DNA of 64,000 bases from Alphaproteobacteria bacterium (lineage in GTDB: Bacteria; Pseudomonadota; Alphaproteobacteria; SP197). The stretch's first letter is position 1. Each line of letters opens with the position of its first letter. The stretch is from NCBI GenBank assembly GCA_965228895.1, contig OZ245842.1, positions 3,936,001 through 4,000,000 on the forward strand. Direction: 5' to 3'. The notes below the pieces were generated by a model. The model was not told the origin of the DNA. It saw only the letters and a list, made by a program, of their open reading frames with translations, and searched no databases. Positions 19,886-29,611 of this stretch are shown one piece after another. Position numbers and translations under genes: made by a program.

Positions 19886-20682
19886 GCTGCCGCCGCTTTG
19901 TCGCGCGCGATCGCAACCAGCTCGGCCACACGCTTGGCGTCGATGGCATCACCCGACTTCAGGCCTGTGCCGACAATGGCGCCGTCTGCGACAGCCAGCA
20001 GCGCTTCGGCGTTCCCGGCATCAAGGCCGCTCCCAAGGATGACCGGAATGGCACCCGCACCCTCCTTGGCGGCCGCTACCGACGCGACATCCGGCGCGTG
20101 GCCGGTGGCATCGCCGGTCACGACGATCGCATCGGCCCCGGCCTCGGCGGCGAGCGATGCCGATTCGGCAAGGCTGCGCTCGACCAGCATGGTGGCGTAC
20201 TTGACCTGGATATCGGCCAGGATCAGCACGTCGTCGGCACCGATCGCACGGCGATAGGCCAGCAATCCCGCCGCATCGATCCGCATGGCACCGCCGTGCT
20301 CGGGCCGCGACATCGGGTCGACGAAATAGTCTGTGCGGATGAACGAACCGCCGGCCGCGTGCGTCACGGCGAGCGACGCCTCGGGATCGTTCAGCAGGAT
20401 TTCCGCCCCGACCCGGACATCGGCTGACGCCGTCACGACTTCCCGAGTCACCCGCGTCATCGCCGCCGTCGTTTCGGCGGATGAGAGCACGCGGTGCGGC
20501 CGGTCGTATTCGTTCTCGACCAGCGCGCCCTGCGCGCCGCCCGCCTCGAGCGCAGCTAGATCGCCAAGCGCCTTATCGATCACCGCATCAAGGCCAGGCG
20601 AGTCCGGATAACCCGGCAGGGGCGGCAGATGGATGACGCCAATAATCGGCTTGCCCGCGCCAAACAGATCGTGGAACCGCAA
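19882..20682 (-). CDS. BtpA/SgcQ family protein
   Basis: IGVIHLPPLPGYP, VENEYDRP, ILADIQVKYA, ADAIVVTGDATG, ADGAIVGT; TTG start. Confidence 0.9.
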   Translation of the reverse strand: MRFHDLFGAGKPIIGVIHLPPLPGYPDSPGLDAVIDKALGDLAALEAGGAQGALVENEYDRPHRVLSSAETTAAMTRVTREVVTASADVRVGAEILLNDPEASLAVTHAAGGSFIRTDYFVDPMSRPEHGGAMRIDAAGLLAYRRAIGADDVLILADIQVKYATMLVERSLAESASLAAEAGADAIVVTGDATGHAPDVASVAAAKEGAGAIPVILGSGLDAGNAEALLAVADGAIVGTGLKSGDAIDAKRVAELVAIARDKAAAA

Positions 20683-20789
20683 CGGCCTCTCCCCTCACGC
20701 CTCAAGGCAGGCTGGCCGCTCAAGCCATGGGATGCAAGGACGCCGTCGACGGTCTATAGAGGCGGGATGAACACGGGGAGAGCACAACC

Positions 20790-21794
20790 ATGACCGAGAT
20801 CTCGATGACCTATCTGAACGGGCCGGACATCGAGAAGCTCGCCATGACCAACGACGAGATCCTGGATGCCGTCGAAGCCGGCCTCCTGGCGCAGGGACGC
20901 CAACAAACCGTCCTGGAGCCGCGCGTGCATCTGGTGCCCGAGAGCTCCGACAAGGGCCATTTCAACGTGCTGCGTGGGTTTATCGCGCCGCTCGAGGTCG
21001 CCGGCGTCAAGATCGTCGGCGATTTCGTCGACAACTACAAACAGGGCCTGCCGTCCGAGATGGCGCTCCTCAACCTGTTCAGCCCGGAAACCGGGATGCC
21101 CAAGGCGTTGCTGGACGCAACCGCCATCACCGATATGCGCACCGGCGCGATGACCGCGTTGGGCGGCAAGTACCTGGCCCGCAAATCGAGCCAGCGTCTC
21201 GGCAATATCGGCGCGCGCGGCTCGTCCTATTGGAACGTGCGTCTGCTCGATCACCTCTTTGACTTCGACGAGATACGCGTTCATTCGCGCCGGCCGGAAA
21301 GCCGCGAGGCCTTCGGCGAACGTCTGTCGCGCGACCTCGGCAAGACCGTCATCGTCACCGACGACTGGGAGAGCTGCCTGAAGGGCGCCGACATCCAGGT
21401 CGAGGCCTCGCGCCTGCCTGAACCCCATCCCCACTTCAAGACCGACTGGGTGCCCAAGGGCGGCTTCGTCGTGCCCTACGGCACCATGAGCGCAGTCGAG
21501 TTCTCGCTGACCGACATCATGGACAAGGTCGTTGTCGACGACTGGGTCCAATGCCAGCCCGGCCGCCCGTACGGATCGCTGCGCCGCCATGTCGACGAGG
21601 GCAAGGTGACCCAGGAAAACCTGCATGCGGAGATGTGCCAGATCGTGGCCGGCGACCGCCCGGCCCGCGAGAGCGATGACGAGACAATCCTGTTCTGGCA
21701 CCGCGGTTTGAGCCTCTCCGACATCGCGCTCGGACAGGCCATGGTCGACAAGGCCGCGAGGCTCGGCATCGGCACCAGCTTGCCCTATCGTTGA
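20790..21794 (+). CDS. Ornithine cyclodeaminase / mu-crystallin family protein
   Basis: AGVKIVG, ITDMRTGA, IGARG, HRGLSLSDIA. Confidence 0.88.
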   Translation: MTEISMTYLNGPDIEKLAMTNDEILDAVEAGLLAQGRQQTVLEPRVHLVPESSDKGHFNVLRGFIAPLEVAGVKIVGDFVDNYKQGLPSEMALLNLFSPETGMPKALLDATAITDMRTGAMTALGGKYLARKSSQRLGNIGARGSSYWNVRLLDHLFDFDEIRVHSRRPESREAFGERLSRDLGKTVIVTDDWESCLKGADIQVEASRLPEPHPHFKTDWVPKGGFVVPYGTMSAVEFSLTDIMDKVVVDDWVQCQPGRPYGSLRRHVDEGKVTQENLHAEMCQIVAGDRPARESDDETILFWHRGLSLSDIALGQAMVDKAARLGIGTSLPYR

Positions 21795-21845
21795 CATTCG
21801 TTGCCCGCCGCCTGACCCCCAACCCGACCTGGAGCGCCCCCCAAA

Positions 21846-23015
21846 ATGGATATCACCTTGAGTTCGGCCGACCGCGACCTGCAGGCCAAAGCCAAGAGCT
21901 TCGCCGAAGAATGGCTGTTTCCCTATGAAGAGCTGGCCGAGGACGATGCCGGTGTGCCACCCGAAACCATGAAGAAGATCCTGGCCGCCTCGGTCGACGC
22001 CGAACTCTCGGGCATGAACCACAGCGTTGAAGACGGCGGGCGTGGTTACAACGTCGTGCAGCAATGCCTAATCTATGAAGAGCTCGGCAAGGCGACCGGC
22101 GGACTCGCCCTGATCCACTCGATCGTGCCGCCCTATTCGCTGAAGTTCGCGACGCCCGAGCAGAAGGAGAAGTACCTCAGGCCCACCATCAACGGCGAGA
22201 AGTCCGTCGCCTTCATGGTGTCGGAGAAGGACGCTGGCTCCGACGCGCGCGGCATCAAGACGACCGCCGTCCAACAGGGCAACCACTACGTGATCAACGG
22301 CGAGAAGTGGTTCGCCAGCCACGCGGACTATGCCGACTACTCGCTGCTGCACAGCAATATCGACGGCGATCCGGAAAAGGCGACGCTTTTTATCGTCGAC
22401 AAGGGCACACCCGGCATGTCGGTCAAGCATCTCTCAAAATACATGCTGAACCGGGCCGGGCGCACGCCGCAGATCCTGCTGGAAGACATGAAACTCGAGG
22501 CGGGCCAGATCCTGGGCGGTATCGGCCAGGGTTTCGAACTCACCAAAGACTGGTTCATCGAACAACGCATGTTCATCGCCTCGCGCTGTGTCGGCTCCGC
22601 GATCCGCGCCGCCGAGACCGCCGAGGCCTATGCCCGCGAGCGCGAAGCGTTTGGCCAGAAGGTCGGCGACTTCCAGGCGATCGCCTTCAAGATCGCCGAC
22701 ATGGCGGTCGACATCATGACGGCGAAGACTCTGCTTTACCGCTGCGCCGCCGAAATCGACTCCGGCATCGAACGCAAGCTCGCGCACGCGCGCGCCTCGG
22801 CGGTCAAGCTTGTCTGCACGGAGATGGCGGGGCGCGTCTGCGACGAGGCGCTGCAAATCATGGGCGGGCGCGGCTACATGGTCGAATGCCCGACCGAACG
22901 CCTTTACCGCAGCGTCCGCCTGGAACGCATCGTCGAAGGCACATCGGAAATCCAGCGCGTCGTCATCGCCGGCCAGATCAAAAAGCGCGGCTTGGCGCTC
23001 TATACGAGCCTTTAG
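21846..23015 (+). CDS. Acyl-CoA dehydrogenase
   Basis: SEKDAGSD, INGEKWF, REAFGQKVGDFQAI, ALQIMGGRGY, RIVEGTSEIQR. Confidence 0.93.
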   Translation: MDITLSSADRDLQAKAKSFAEEWLFPYEELAEDDAGVPPETMKKILAASVDAELSGMNHSVEDGGRGYNVVQQCLIYEELGKATGGLALIHSIVPPYSLKFATPEQKEKYLRPTINGEKSVAFMVSEKDAGSDARGIKTTAVQQGNHYVINGEKWFASHADYADYSLLHSNIDGDPEKATLFIVDKGTPGMSVKHLSKYMLNRAGRTPQILLEDMKLEAGQILGGIGQGFELTKDWFIEQRMFIASRCVGSAIRAAETAEAYAREREAFGQKVGDFQAIAFKIADMAVDIMTAKTLLYRCAAEIDSGIERKLAHARASAVKLVCTEMAGRVCDEALQIMGGRGYMVECPTERLYRSVRLERIVEGTSEIQRVVIAGQIKKRGLALYTSL

Positions 23016-23027
23016 CGTTGGCGTCGG

Positions 23028-23113
23028 CCCCCTCACCCAACTCCGGCTAAGGCGCATTCGCACCTAAGCCTGCGCAACCCTCTCCCCTTGAGGGAGAGGG
23101 CCGGGGTGAGGGG
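23028..23113. repeat. REP/RIME-like palindromic intergenic element
   Basis: CCCCTCACCC...CCCTCTCCCCTTGAGGGAGAGGGCCGGGGTGAGGGG, nested inverted repeats between convergent genes. Confidence 0.7.
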
Positions 23114-23138
23114 TCGCGCGCGCCGGCGCGCGAAAATC

Positions 23139-24815
23139 CTAATCCAGCATCGGCAGCTTCAGGTGGTGCTCGGCGGCGCACTCAACGGCGATGTCGTAGC
23201 CGGCGTCGGCGTGGCGCATGACGCCGCTGGCGGGATCGTTCCAGAGCACGCGCGCGATACGCCGGTCGGCGTCTTCGCTGCCATCGCAACAGATGACCAT
23301 GCCGGCGTGCTGGGAGAAGCCGATACCGACGCCGCCGCCGTGGTGGATCGAGACCCAGGTCGCGCCTGACGCGGTGTTCAACAGCGCGTTCAGCAACGGC
23401 CAGTCGGCGATGGCGTCGGAGCCGTCCTTCATGGACTCGGTCTCACGGTTGGGGCTGGCGACCGAACCTGAATCAAGGTGATCGCGGCCGATGACGATCG
23501 GCGCCTTCACCTCGCCCGTGCGCACCATCTCGTTGAAGGCAAGCCCCAGCTTGTCGCGCTGCCCCAGCCCGACCCAGCAGATGCGCGACGGCAGGCCCTG
23601 GAAGTGGATGCGCTCCCTCGCCATGTCGAGCCAGTTGTGCAGGTGTTTGTCGTCGGGGATCAGCTCCTTCACCTTGGCGTCGGTGGCGTAGATATCTTCG
23701 GGATCGCCGGAAAGCGCGGCCCAACGGAACGGGCCAACACCGCGGCAGAACAAGGGACGGATATAGGCCGGCACAAAACCCGGGAAGTCGAAGGCGTGCT
23801 CGACGCCCTCCTCCTGCGCCATTTGGCGGATATTGTTGCCGTAGTCGAGCGTCGGGACGCCGGCGTTCCAGAAGTCGAGCATGGCCTGGACCTGAACCGC
23901 CATCGATTCCTTGGCCGCTTTGACCGTGCCTTCGGGATCGCTCTCGCGCCGTTCGTCCCACTCGGCCAGAGACCAGCCCGCCGGCAGATAACCGTTCAGC
24001 GGATCGTGGGCGCTCGTCTGGTCGGTCACCACATCGGGATGGGCGCCGCGTTTGACCAGTTCGGGGAACACCTCCGCCGCGTTGCCGAGCAAGCCGATCG
24101 ACACGGCCTCCTTCTTCGCCGTCGCGTCTTCGATCATCGCCAGCGCATCGTCCAGGTCGTCGGTGCTTTTATCCAGATAGCCGGTCCTGAGCCGCATCTC
24201 GATGCGCGACGGTTGGCATTCGACGGCCAGCATCGACGCACCGGCCATGGTCGCAGCCAAGGGCTGCGCGCCGCCCATGCCGCCGAGGCCGCCGGTTAGG
24301 ATCCAACGGCCCGAGAGGTCGCCCGCGTAGTGCCGGCGGCCGACCTCGACGAAGGTCTCGTACGTGCCCTGAACGATGCCCTGGCTGCCGATATAGATCC
24401 ACGAGCCCGCCGTCATCTGGCCGTACATCATGAGGCCGGCGCGGTCGAGTTCGTGGAAGTGCTCCCAGTCCGACCAGTGGGCGACCATGTTGGAGTTGGC
24501 GATCAGAACCCGCGGCGCGTCCTTGTGGGTACGAAAGACACCGACCGGCTTGCCCGATTGCACCAACAGCGTCTCGTCGTCGTCGAGTTCGCGCAGGGTG
24601 GCGACGATGCGGTCGAAACACTCCCAGTTCCGCGCCGCGCGCCCGATGCCGCCATAGACGACCAGTTCTTCCGGCTTTTCGGCGACCTCGGCATCCAGGT
24701 TGTTCATCAGCATGCGCAGCGGCGCCTCGGTCAGCCAGCTCTTCGCGCTGATATCCGAACCACGGGCAGCACTGATCGTTCTCGTGTTGTCGCGGCGGTT
24801 CTCGGCTGCGGTCAT
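23139..24815 (-). CDS. hutU: Urocanate hydratase
   Basis: [63 protein letters not shown]. Confidence 0.97.
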   Translation of the reverse strand: MTAAENRRDNTRTISAARGSDISAKSWLTEAPLRMLMNNLDAEVAEKPEELVVYGGIGRAARNWECFDRIVATLRELDDDETLLVQSGKPVGVFRTHKDAPRVLIANSNMVAHWSDWEHFHELDRAGLMMYGQMTAGSWIYIGSQGIVQGTYETFVEVGRRHYAGDLSGRWILTGGLGGMGGAQPLAATMAGASMLAVECQPSRIEMRLRTGYLDKSTDDLDDALAMIEDATAKKEAVSIGLLGNAAEVFPELVKRGAHPDVVTDQTSAHDPLNGYLPAGWSLAEWDERRESDPEGTVKAAKESMAVQVQAMLDFWNAGVPTLDYGNNIRQMAQEEGVEHAFDFPGFVPAYIRPLFCRGVGPFRWAALSGDPEDIYATDAKVKELIPDDKHLHNWLDMARERIHFQGLPSRICWVGLGQRDKLGLAFNEMVRTGEVKAPIVIGRDHLDSGSVASPNRETESMKDGSDAIADWPLLNALLNTASGATWVSIHHGGGVGIGFSQHAGMVICCDGSEDADRRIARVLWNDPASGVMRHADAGYDIAVECAAEHHLKLPMLD

Positions 24816-24897
24816 GGCCCGGCTCCCTGGAACACTGCTTCGGTGCTATAAACCCTCTATAGAGCAGCCCTACGACCGGTCAACACCACGCGCAACC

Positions 24898-25848
24898 ATG
24901 GCAAGCTTCGACCCTCTGTCACGCAAGGCGTTCGCCGATGCCAGCAAGCCGCACACGGACGGCTTCTTCTGGCGTTATGACGGGCCGACCTGGCTCGTCG
25001 CCATCGGCACCTATGCGGCCTGGCTGCTGCTGATCATCTTTCACGATCTCATTCCCTGGCCGGTCATGATGATCGTCGGCGGCTATGTGCTGGCACTGCA
25101 TTTCTCGCTGCAGCATGAAGCGATTCACGGCTGGCGCTCGATCCCCGGCTGGCTGAGAACCGCGGTCGTGTGGCCACCGATCGGCGGCTGGCTGCCGTTT
25201 GAAATCTACCGGCGCGCCCACAGCCTGCATCACCGCAACACGGTTCTAACGTTCCCTGGCGAGGACACGGAATCCTACTATCACAAACGCGCGGACTGGC
25301 AGCGCTACAGCGCCCTATGGCGCGGCATCCTGCTGTTCCACCAGACGTTCTTGGGCCGGCTCCTGATCGGGCCGTTACTGCGCTGGCGCAAGCTGGTGAT
25401 AATCGAAGGCGGCATGTTGTTACGCGGTGATTTCAGCAACGTGCCGATTTGGCTCGGCTTCTTTGCCGGTCTCGCCGTCATCCTGTGGTTCGTCAGCGGC
25501 GTCTGTGGCATGCCGATCTGGGAATACTACGTGCTGCTGGTCTATCCCGGTCTCAGCATCGGCTTGATCCGCGCTTTCATCGAACACCGCTATGGACGGC
25601 GCGCCGGCGAGCGCATTGCCATCGTCGAATCGAATTGGGTGTTCGGCCTGCTGTTCCTTTGGAACAACATGCACCTCATCCATCATCTCTATCCGGCGAT
25701 GCCGTGGTACCGGATTCCCGCCTTCTACCGTAAGCATCGTTCGGAACTACTGGCGCACAACAGCCAGTATCGCTTCAGAGGTTACGGCGAGATCGCGCGT
25801 CGCTGGTTCCTGAAACCGGTCTTCGTCCCGGTTCACCCGATCAAGTAG
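24898..25848 (+). CDS. Membrane fatty-acid desaturase family protein
   Basis: His boxes QHEAIH, HSLHH and HLIHH with hydrophobic segments. Start taken at ATG 24898. Confidence 0.85.
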   Translation: MASFDPLSRKAFADASKPHTDGFFWRYDGPTWLVAIGTYAAWLLLIIFHDLIPWPVMMIVGGYVLALHFSLQHEAIHGWRSIPGWLRTAVVWPPIGGWLPFEIYRRAHSLHHRNTVLTFPGEDTESYYHKRADWQRYSALWRGILLFHQTFLGRLLIGPLLRWRKLVIIEGGMLLRGDFSNVPIWLGFFAGLAVILWFVSGVCGMPIWEYYVLLVYPGLSIGLIRAFIEHRYGRRAGERIAIVESNWVFGLLFLWNNMHLIHHLYPAMPWYRIPAFYRKHRSELLAHNSQYRFRGYGEIARRWFLKPVFVPVHPIK

Positions 25849-25860
25849 AGACGATCTGCG

Positions 25861-26931
25861 TTACTCCGCGGCGACGGGCTCGCGCGCGTTGCTGCCTTCG
25901 AATGCCGGCATCACCTCGTCGACGAAGAGACGCAGCGACTTCTGCTGTTCTTCCATCGGCAGACCGTAGCTGGCGCAGTAGAGGAAGTTATCGACGCCGA
26001 GTGCCTCATAGGCCCTGAGCTTGGCGATTACCTCGTCGGGCGTTCCGAACATCAGGTTCTCGCACAGCATCTTTGGATCGTACTCCGCCCGGTTGTCCAG
26101 GCTGGCCAGATCGATGACTTCCGGGAAGCCGTTGGAGACCGCGCCCAGTTCCTTGAACAGGTTCTCGAACTGCGCGCTTTGGTGACGCACCGCGTTGATA
26201 TAGTGCTCCCAGTCGCCCGCGTTCTCGTAAACGGCCGCATAGCGCATGGTTAGGAACGTCGGTCGTTTGACATCCGGCGCCTTGGCGAGAGCGTCCTCGA
26301 AGCGGCCCATATAGGTCTCGACTTCCGAGAACGGGCGGGACAACGCCCAGGTCATGATGTTGCAGCCGTTGGCGAGCGCCCAGTCGAAGGTACCGGGATC
26401 GCGCGCGGCCACCCATATCGGCGGGTGCGGATCCTGCAGCGGCTTGGGGCACGCCGTGGTCGGCGGGAACGACCAGAACTCGCCCTCGTGTTCGTAGTCG
26501 CCGGCCCAAAGCTGTTTCAGCACCGGCAGCATTTCCTGCATATAGGCGACGCCGACCTGCTGCTTCAGGCCGCCGGCCATGCGGTTGAACTCGCGCTGAT
26601 AAGCGCCGCGGCCGATGCCGAACTCCAGTCTCCCGCCGCTCAACAGATCGAACATGGCAGCCTCGCCGGCGAGCTTCACCGGATGCCAATAGGGCGCCTG
26701 CACGATGGCGGTGCCCAGGTGGATATTGTCGGTGTGCGCGGCCCACCATGTCAGCAGCGGAAACGGCGCCGGCGCGATGGTCATCTCGATCGCGTGGTGC
26801 TCGGCGGCCCAGGCGATTTCGAAACCGCCCTGGTCGGCCATCTGGACCATCTCAAGGGTGTGGCGCGCGACATCCTTCATGTCGATCGCGGGATCCATGC
26901 GTTCCATGTTGATGGCGAGACTGAATTTCAT
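25861..26931 (-). CDS. Luciferase-like (LLM) flavin-dependent monooxygenase, TgnB-like
   Basis: AWAAEHH, HLGTAI..APYWHPVKLAGEAA, SGGRLEFGIGRGAY, PKPLQDPHPPIWVAARD. Confidence 0.9.
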   Translation of the reverse strand: MKFSLAINMERMDPAIDMKDVARHTLEMVQMADQGGFEIAWAAEHHAIEMTIAPAPFPLLTWWAAHTDNIHLGTAIVQAPYWHPVKLAGEAAMFDLLSGGRLEFGIGRGAYQREFNRMAGGLKQQVGVAYMQEMLPVLKQLWAGDYEHEGEFWSFPPTTACPKPLQDPHPPIWVAARDPGTFDWALANGCNIMTWALSRPFSEVETYMGRFEDALAKAPDVKRPTFLTMRYAAVYENAGDWEHYINAVRHQSAQFENLFKELGAVSNGFPEVIDLASLDNRAEYDPKMLCENLMFGTPDEVIAKLRAYEALGVDNFLYCASYGLPMEEQQKSLRLFVDEVMPAFEGSNAREPVAAE

Positions 26932-26994
26932 GGCGGCTTTCCTCGATCCGGCAACGGTGGCAATCGAGGCGAAGTAAACGGGTGAGCGGTCAGA

Positions 26995-27040
26995 GCGTAA
27001 ACGGCAAAAAGGATGGCCCTTGCGTAACGAAAACTTCACA
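26995..27040 (-). promoter_or_regulatory. Bipartite regulatory motif, copy 1 (TGTGAA-N7-TTACG-N19-CGTTTACGC), upstream of the LLM gene
   Basis: Same boxes and spacing as the copies at 29550-29595 and 32491-32535. Confidence 0.7.
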
Positions 27041-27127
27041 CGGCGTTCGGCACTTGCGGTCTCTTAGGGCCCGCTAACGGCGGGATCGACCAGTCGATGT
27101 TCAGTACCTGCACAGCGTAAGAGGCGC

Positions 27128-28312
27128 CTAAGACGGTGGCAGGTCCAGGATCGCCTCGGCCATGGCGATGATGTCGGGGTAGTAACTGGCGTCGTAGCCT
27201 TCCGCGTCTTCCAGCACGCTGAAGAAGACAATGACGGTCCGGCTTGCCGGGTCGACCAGCAGATACTGGCCGCCGTAGCCGCCATGGCTGACCCAGCGGC
27301 CGTTCGTCATGAGCTGGTTGTGGTAGGTCAGGTCATCGCGATCTTCGTAGCGCGGCTGGCCCTGCTCCTTGAGCGTGCGTTCCAGAAATGCCGGACTGCC
27401 GACCATCTCACCGCTGACGCCGCGGCCACCGCGCGCGATCAGCCCGCCGTAGCGGGCGAGATCGCGCGCGGTCAGCGAGACGCCCCCCGCTATCACGGGC
27501 ACACCGTCGCAATCGGTCGAAATGTGGAAGGTGCCTTCGATGCCGGCGGCCTCGACGATATCCAGCACGTGATCACACAGGCTCTTGCCGCTGATCCGTT
27601 CGGCGATCCATCCGGCAATGTCGGTGTTCGGTGACTTGTATTGCGTCATGCCGGTCGTGTTGGTGATGTCGTCGCTCACCAGTTGGGCGGCAAACGCGCG
27701 GCAGCTGAACGGCTGCTCGCCGTCGGGCTGCAAGCGCCAGCCCATGGCGATCTCCTCGCGCCCGTAACCGACCGTGGCACCCGGCGTCGCGTTGAAGTGC
27801 CAGGGGTCGGCATAGTCCTCGTTGAAGTTGTTGATGACGTTCATATCGAGGACCTGCTGCACCGTCGCCTCGGCATAGCCACTGCCGACCTCGGGCAGGT
27901 AGTGCGAGACCTTGGCGTCGAGATCAATCAGACCGTCCTCAACCAGACGGCCGCACACCAGATGCATGGTCGTCTTGCTGATCGACTGGATGCTGTGCGG
28001 CCGGTCAGGCCCGAAGTCGGCGGCGTATTTTTCGAAGAACACGGTTTGATCGCGCACGACAACCATGCCGGAGAACATCGTCGATCCGGTCAGCTGGCGC
28101 ACCAGTGCCAAATCACCGATACGCCGGTCGATGACTTTGGTCAGCGGCAAAACGTTGGTGGCGCGAAGGCTCAGGCCGTAACGGGACAGCCGGTGGAGGT
28201 TGTGAAACCCCCACCGGCGTTTGTCCGGCCGGTTCCAGTTCGCCTGATTGCGCGCCTCGACGTCGAGGTCGGGATTGCGAACCGTCGTCAGCCCATGGTC
28301 GTCCGACGACAC
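27128..28312 (-). CDS. Serine hydrolase, beta-lactamase family (NylB-like amidase)
   Basis: SxxK (QSISKT), YKS, LTARDLARYG, HGGYGGQYL; GTG start 9 bp after the SBP stop. Confidence 0.88.
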   Translation of the reverse strand: MSSDDHGLTTVRNPDLDVEARNQANWNRPDKRRWGFHNLHRLSRYGLSLRATNVLPLTKVIDRRIGDLALVRQLTGSTMFSGMVVVRDQTVFFEKYAADFGPDRPHSIQSISKTTMHLVCGRLVEDGLIDLDAKVSHYLPEVGSGYAEATVQQVLDMNVINNFNEDYADPWHFNATPGATVGYGREEIAMGWRLQPDGEQPFSCRAFAAQLVSDDITNTTGMTQYKSPNTDIAGWIAERISGKSLCDHVLDIVEAAGIEGTFHISTDCDGVPVIAGGVSLTARDLARYGGLIARGGRGVSGEMVGSPAFLERTLKEQGQPRYEDRDDLTYHNQLMTNGRWVSHGGYGGQYLLVDPASRTVIVFFSVLEDAEGYDASYYPDIIAMAEAILDLPPS

Positions 28313-28321
28313 GGGCGGAGA

Positions 28322-29422
28322 CTAAAGACCCGCGCGGACGTCCTGGTACAGCGTTTCGTACTTGGCTTCGTACTCCGGATCCATCGCCGGGAAGAAGATC
28401 GTGTTCGCGATCAACGTCTCGGGATCGGAGAAGCCCAACTGGTCGAGGCGCTCCTGGGGCAGCATCTCGTATGCCGCCAGGTTGGCGCTGCCGTAGCCAT
28501 AGTTATCGATCAGCCAGGCACCGGATTCCGGCGAGATCCAGGCATCGATATAGGTGTAGACGGCATCCAGATCGGTCGCGTCCTTATGGATGATGAAACC
28601 GGAACCCCACGCGAAGACACCTTCCTTCGGCACCATGTAGCCGACCGGCACGCCTTCGTCCTGCAGGGTGACGAACGACTGGTTCCACGCATAGGCCGCA
28701 ACGACTTCGCCGTTGGCGATCGCCTGCTCCATCTCGGTCACGTCCGACCAGTAGAAGCGGGTGAGGTCGCGCTGCTTCGACATCAAACCCTGAACCTCGG
28801 CGAGCTGGTCGTCCGACAGGGTCCAGACGTTATCGTAGCCCAGCATCAACGCGGCGACGGCAACCGTCGCCACCGACGTGTCGTACCAAGCCAACCGATT
28901 GGCATAAGCATCGTCATAGAGGATCGCCCAGGAGTTATCGTTGATGTACTTCTGGTCAATCATGTCGGTGCGGTAGAGCAGCGACGAGTTGCCGAACTCC
29001 GCCGGCACGAAATAGCGGGTGTCGTCAAAGATAGAACCCGAGATGTCCTTGATGCCGGGCGCAATCGTGCCCCAGTTGCTGAGCCGGCTGGTGTCGATCG
29101 GCTGAATCAGTCCGGCGTCGACATAGCGCTGGATCATGTAGTTGCCGGGATGGATGAAGTCCGGTGCAAAGCCAGCGCGAATCTTCTCGAACGATTCGAT
29201 GTCGGACGCGATGTAGCTGAATTCCGGCGGCCCGCCGTACTTGTCGATGTAACCGCCCATCATCTCGGGCATGTCATAACCGGCCCATGTGTGGCCGGAG
29301 ATTTCGCCGGCCGCGCGGGCGCCGCGCGTCATCAGCGGCACGCTGACGATACTGACACCAAGCGCCGCGAGGTTCTTGGCCAACTCACGCCGGTCCATGA
29401 CCGGACCCTTTATCGTTTTCAT
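28322..29422 (-). CDS. ABC transporter substrate-binding protein (PotD/PotF-like) with twin-arginine-like leader
   Basis: MDRRELAK..LAALG...ARA leader, TWAGY, IQPIDTSRLSNW, YMVPKEG; no permease or ATPase adjacent. Confidence 0.88.
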   Translation of the reverse strand: MKTIKGPVMDRRELAKNLAALGVSIVSVPLMTRGARAAGEISGHTWAGYDMPEMMGGYIDKYGGPPEFSYIASDIESFEKIRAGFAPDFIHPGNYMIQRYVDAGLIQPIDTSRLSNWGTIAPGIKDISGSIFDDTRYFVPAEFGNSSLLYRTDMIDQKYINDNSWAILYDDAYANRLAWYDTSVATVAVAALMLGYDNVWTLSDDQLAEVQGLMSKQRDLTRFYWSDVTEMEQAIANGEVVAAYAWNQSFVTLQDEGVPVGYMVPKEGVFAWGSGFIIHKDATDLDAVYTYIDAWISPESGAWLIDNYGYGSANLAAYEMLPQERLDQLGFSDPETLIANTIFFPAMDPEYEAKYETLYQDVRAGL

Positions 29423-29549
29423 GTGATGCCTCCCCAGAAATGAGCAATCGGGCCGCCCGTCGGTGTCAGACCGACGCCCGCGACCCCGTGCGAACGCAAA
29501 CCCGACCGCCCCGTCGAGCAAGCTTCATGCTCGGGCCGGAGCGCCTTGG

Positions 29550-29595
29550 GCGTAAACGTAGAAAATAGTTTGCTACACGTAACGTCAGCTTCACG
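29550..29595 (-). promoter_or_regulatory. Bipartite regulatory motif, copy 2 (CGTGAA-N7-TTACG-N19-CGTTTACGC), upstream of the SBP gene
   Basis: Near-palindrome CGTGA-N8-TTACG plus a downstream GTTTAC box, same spacing as copies 1 and 3. Confidence 0.7.
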
Positions 29596-29611
29596 CAAAA
29601 AAGCTTCGGGT

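Noticed and set aside
24855-24864. CTCTATAGAG palindrome upstream of hutU as a HutC site
   Set aside because: Does not match the TGTA-N2-TACA core; too short to call.
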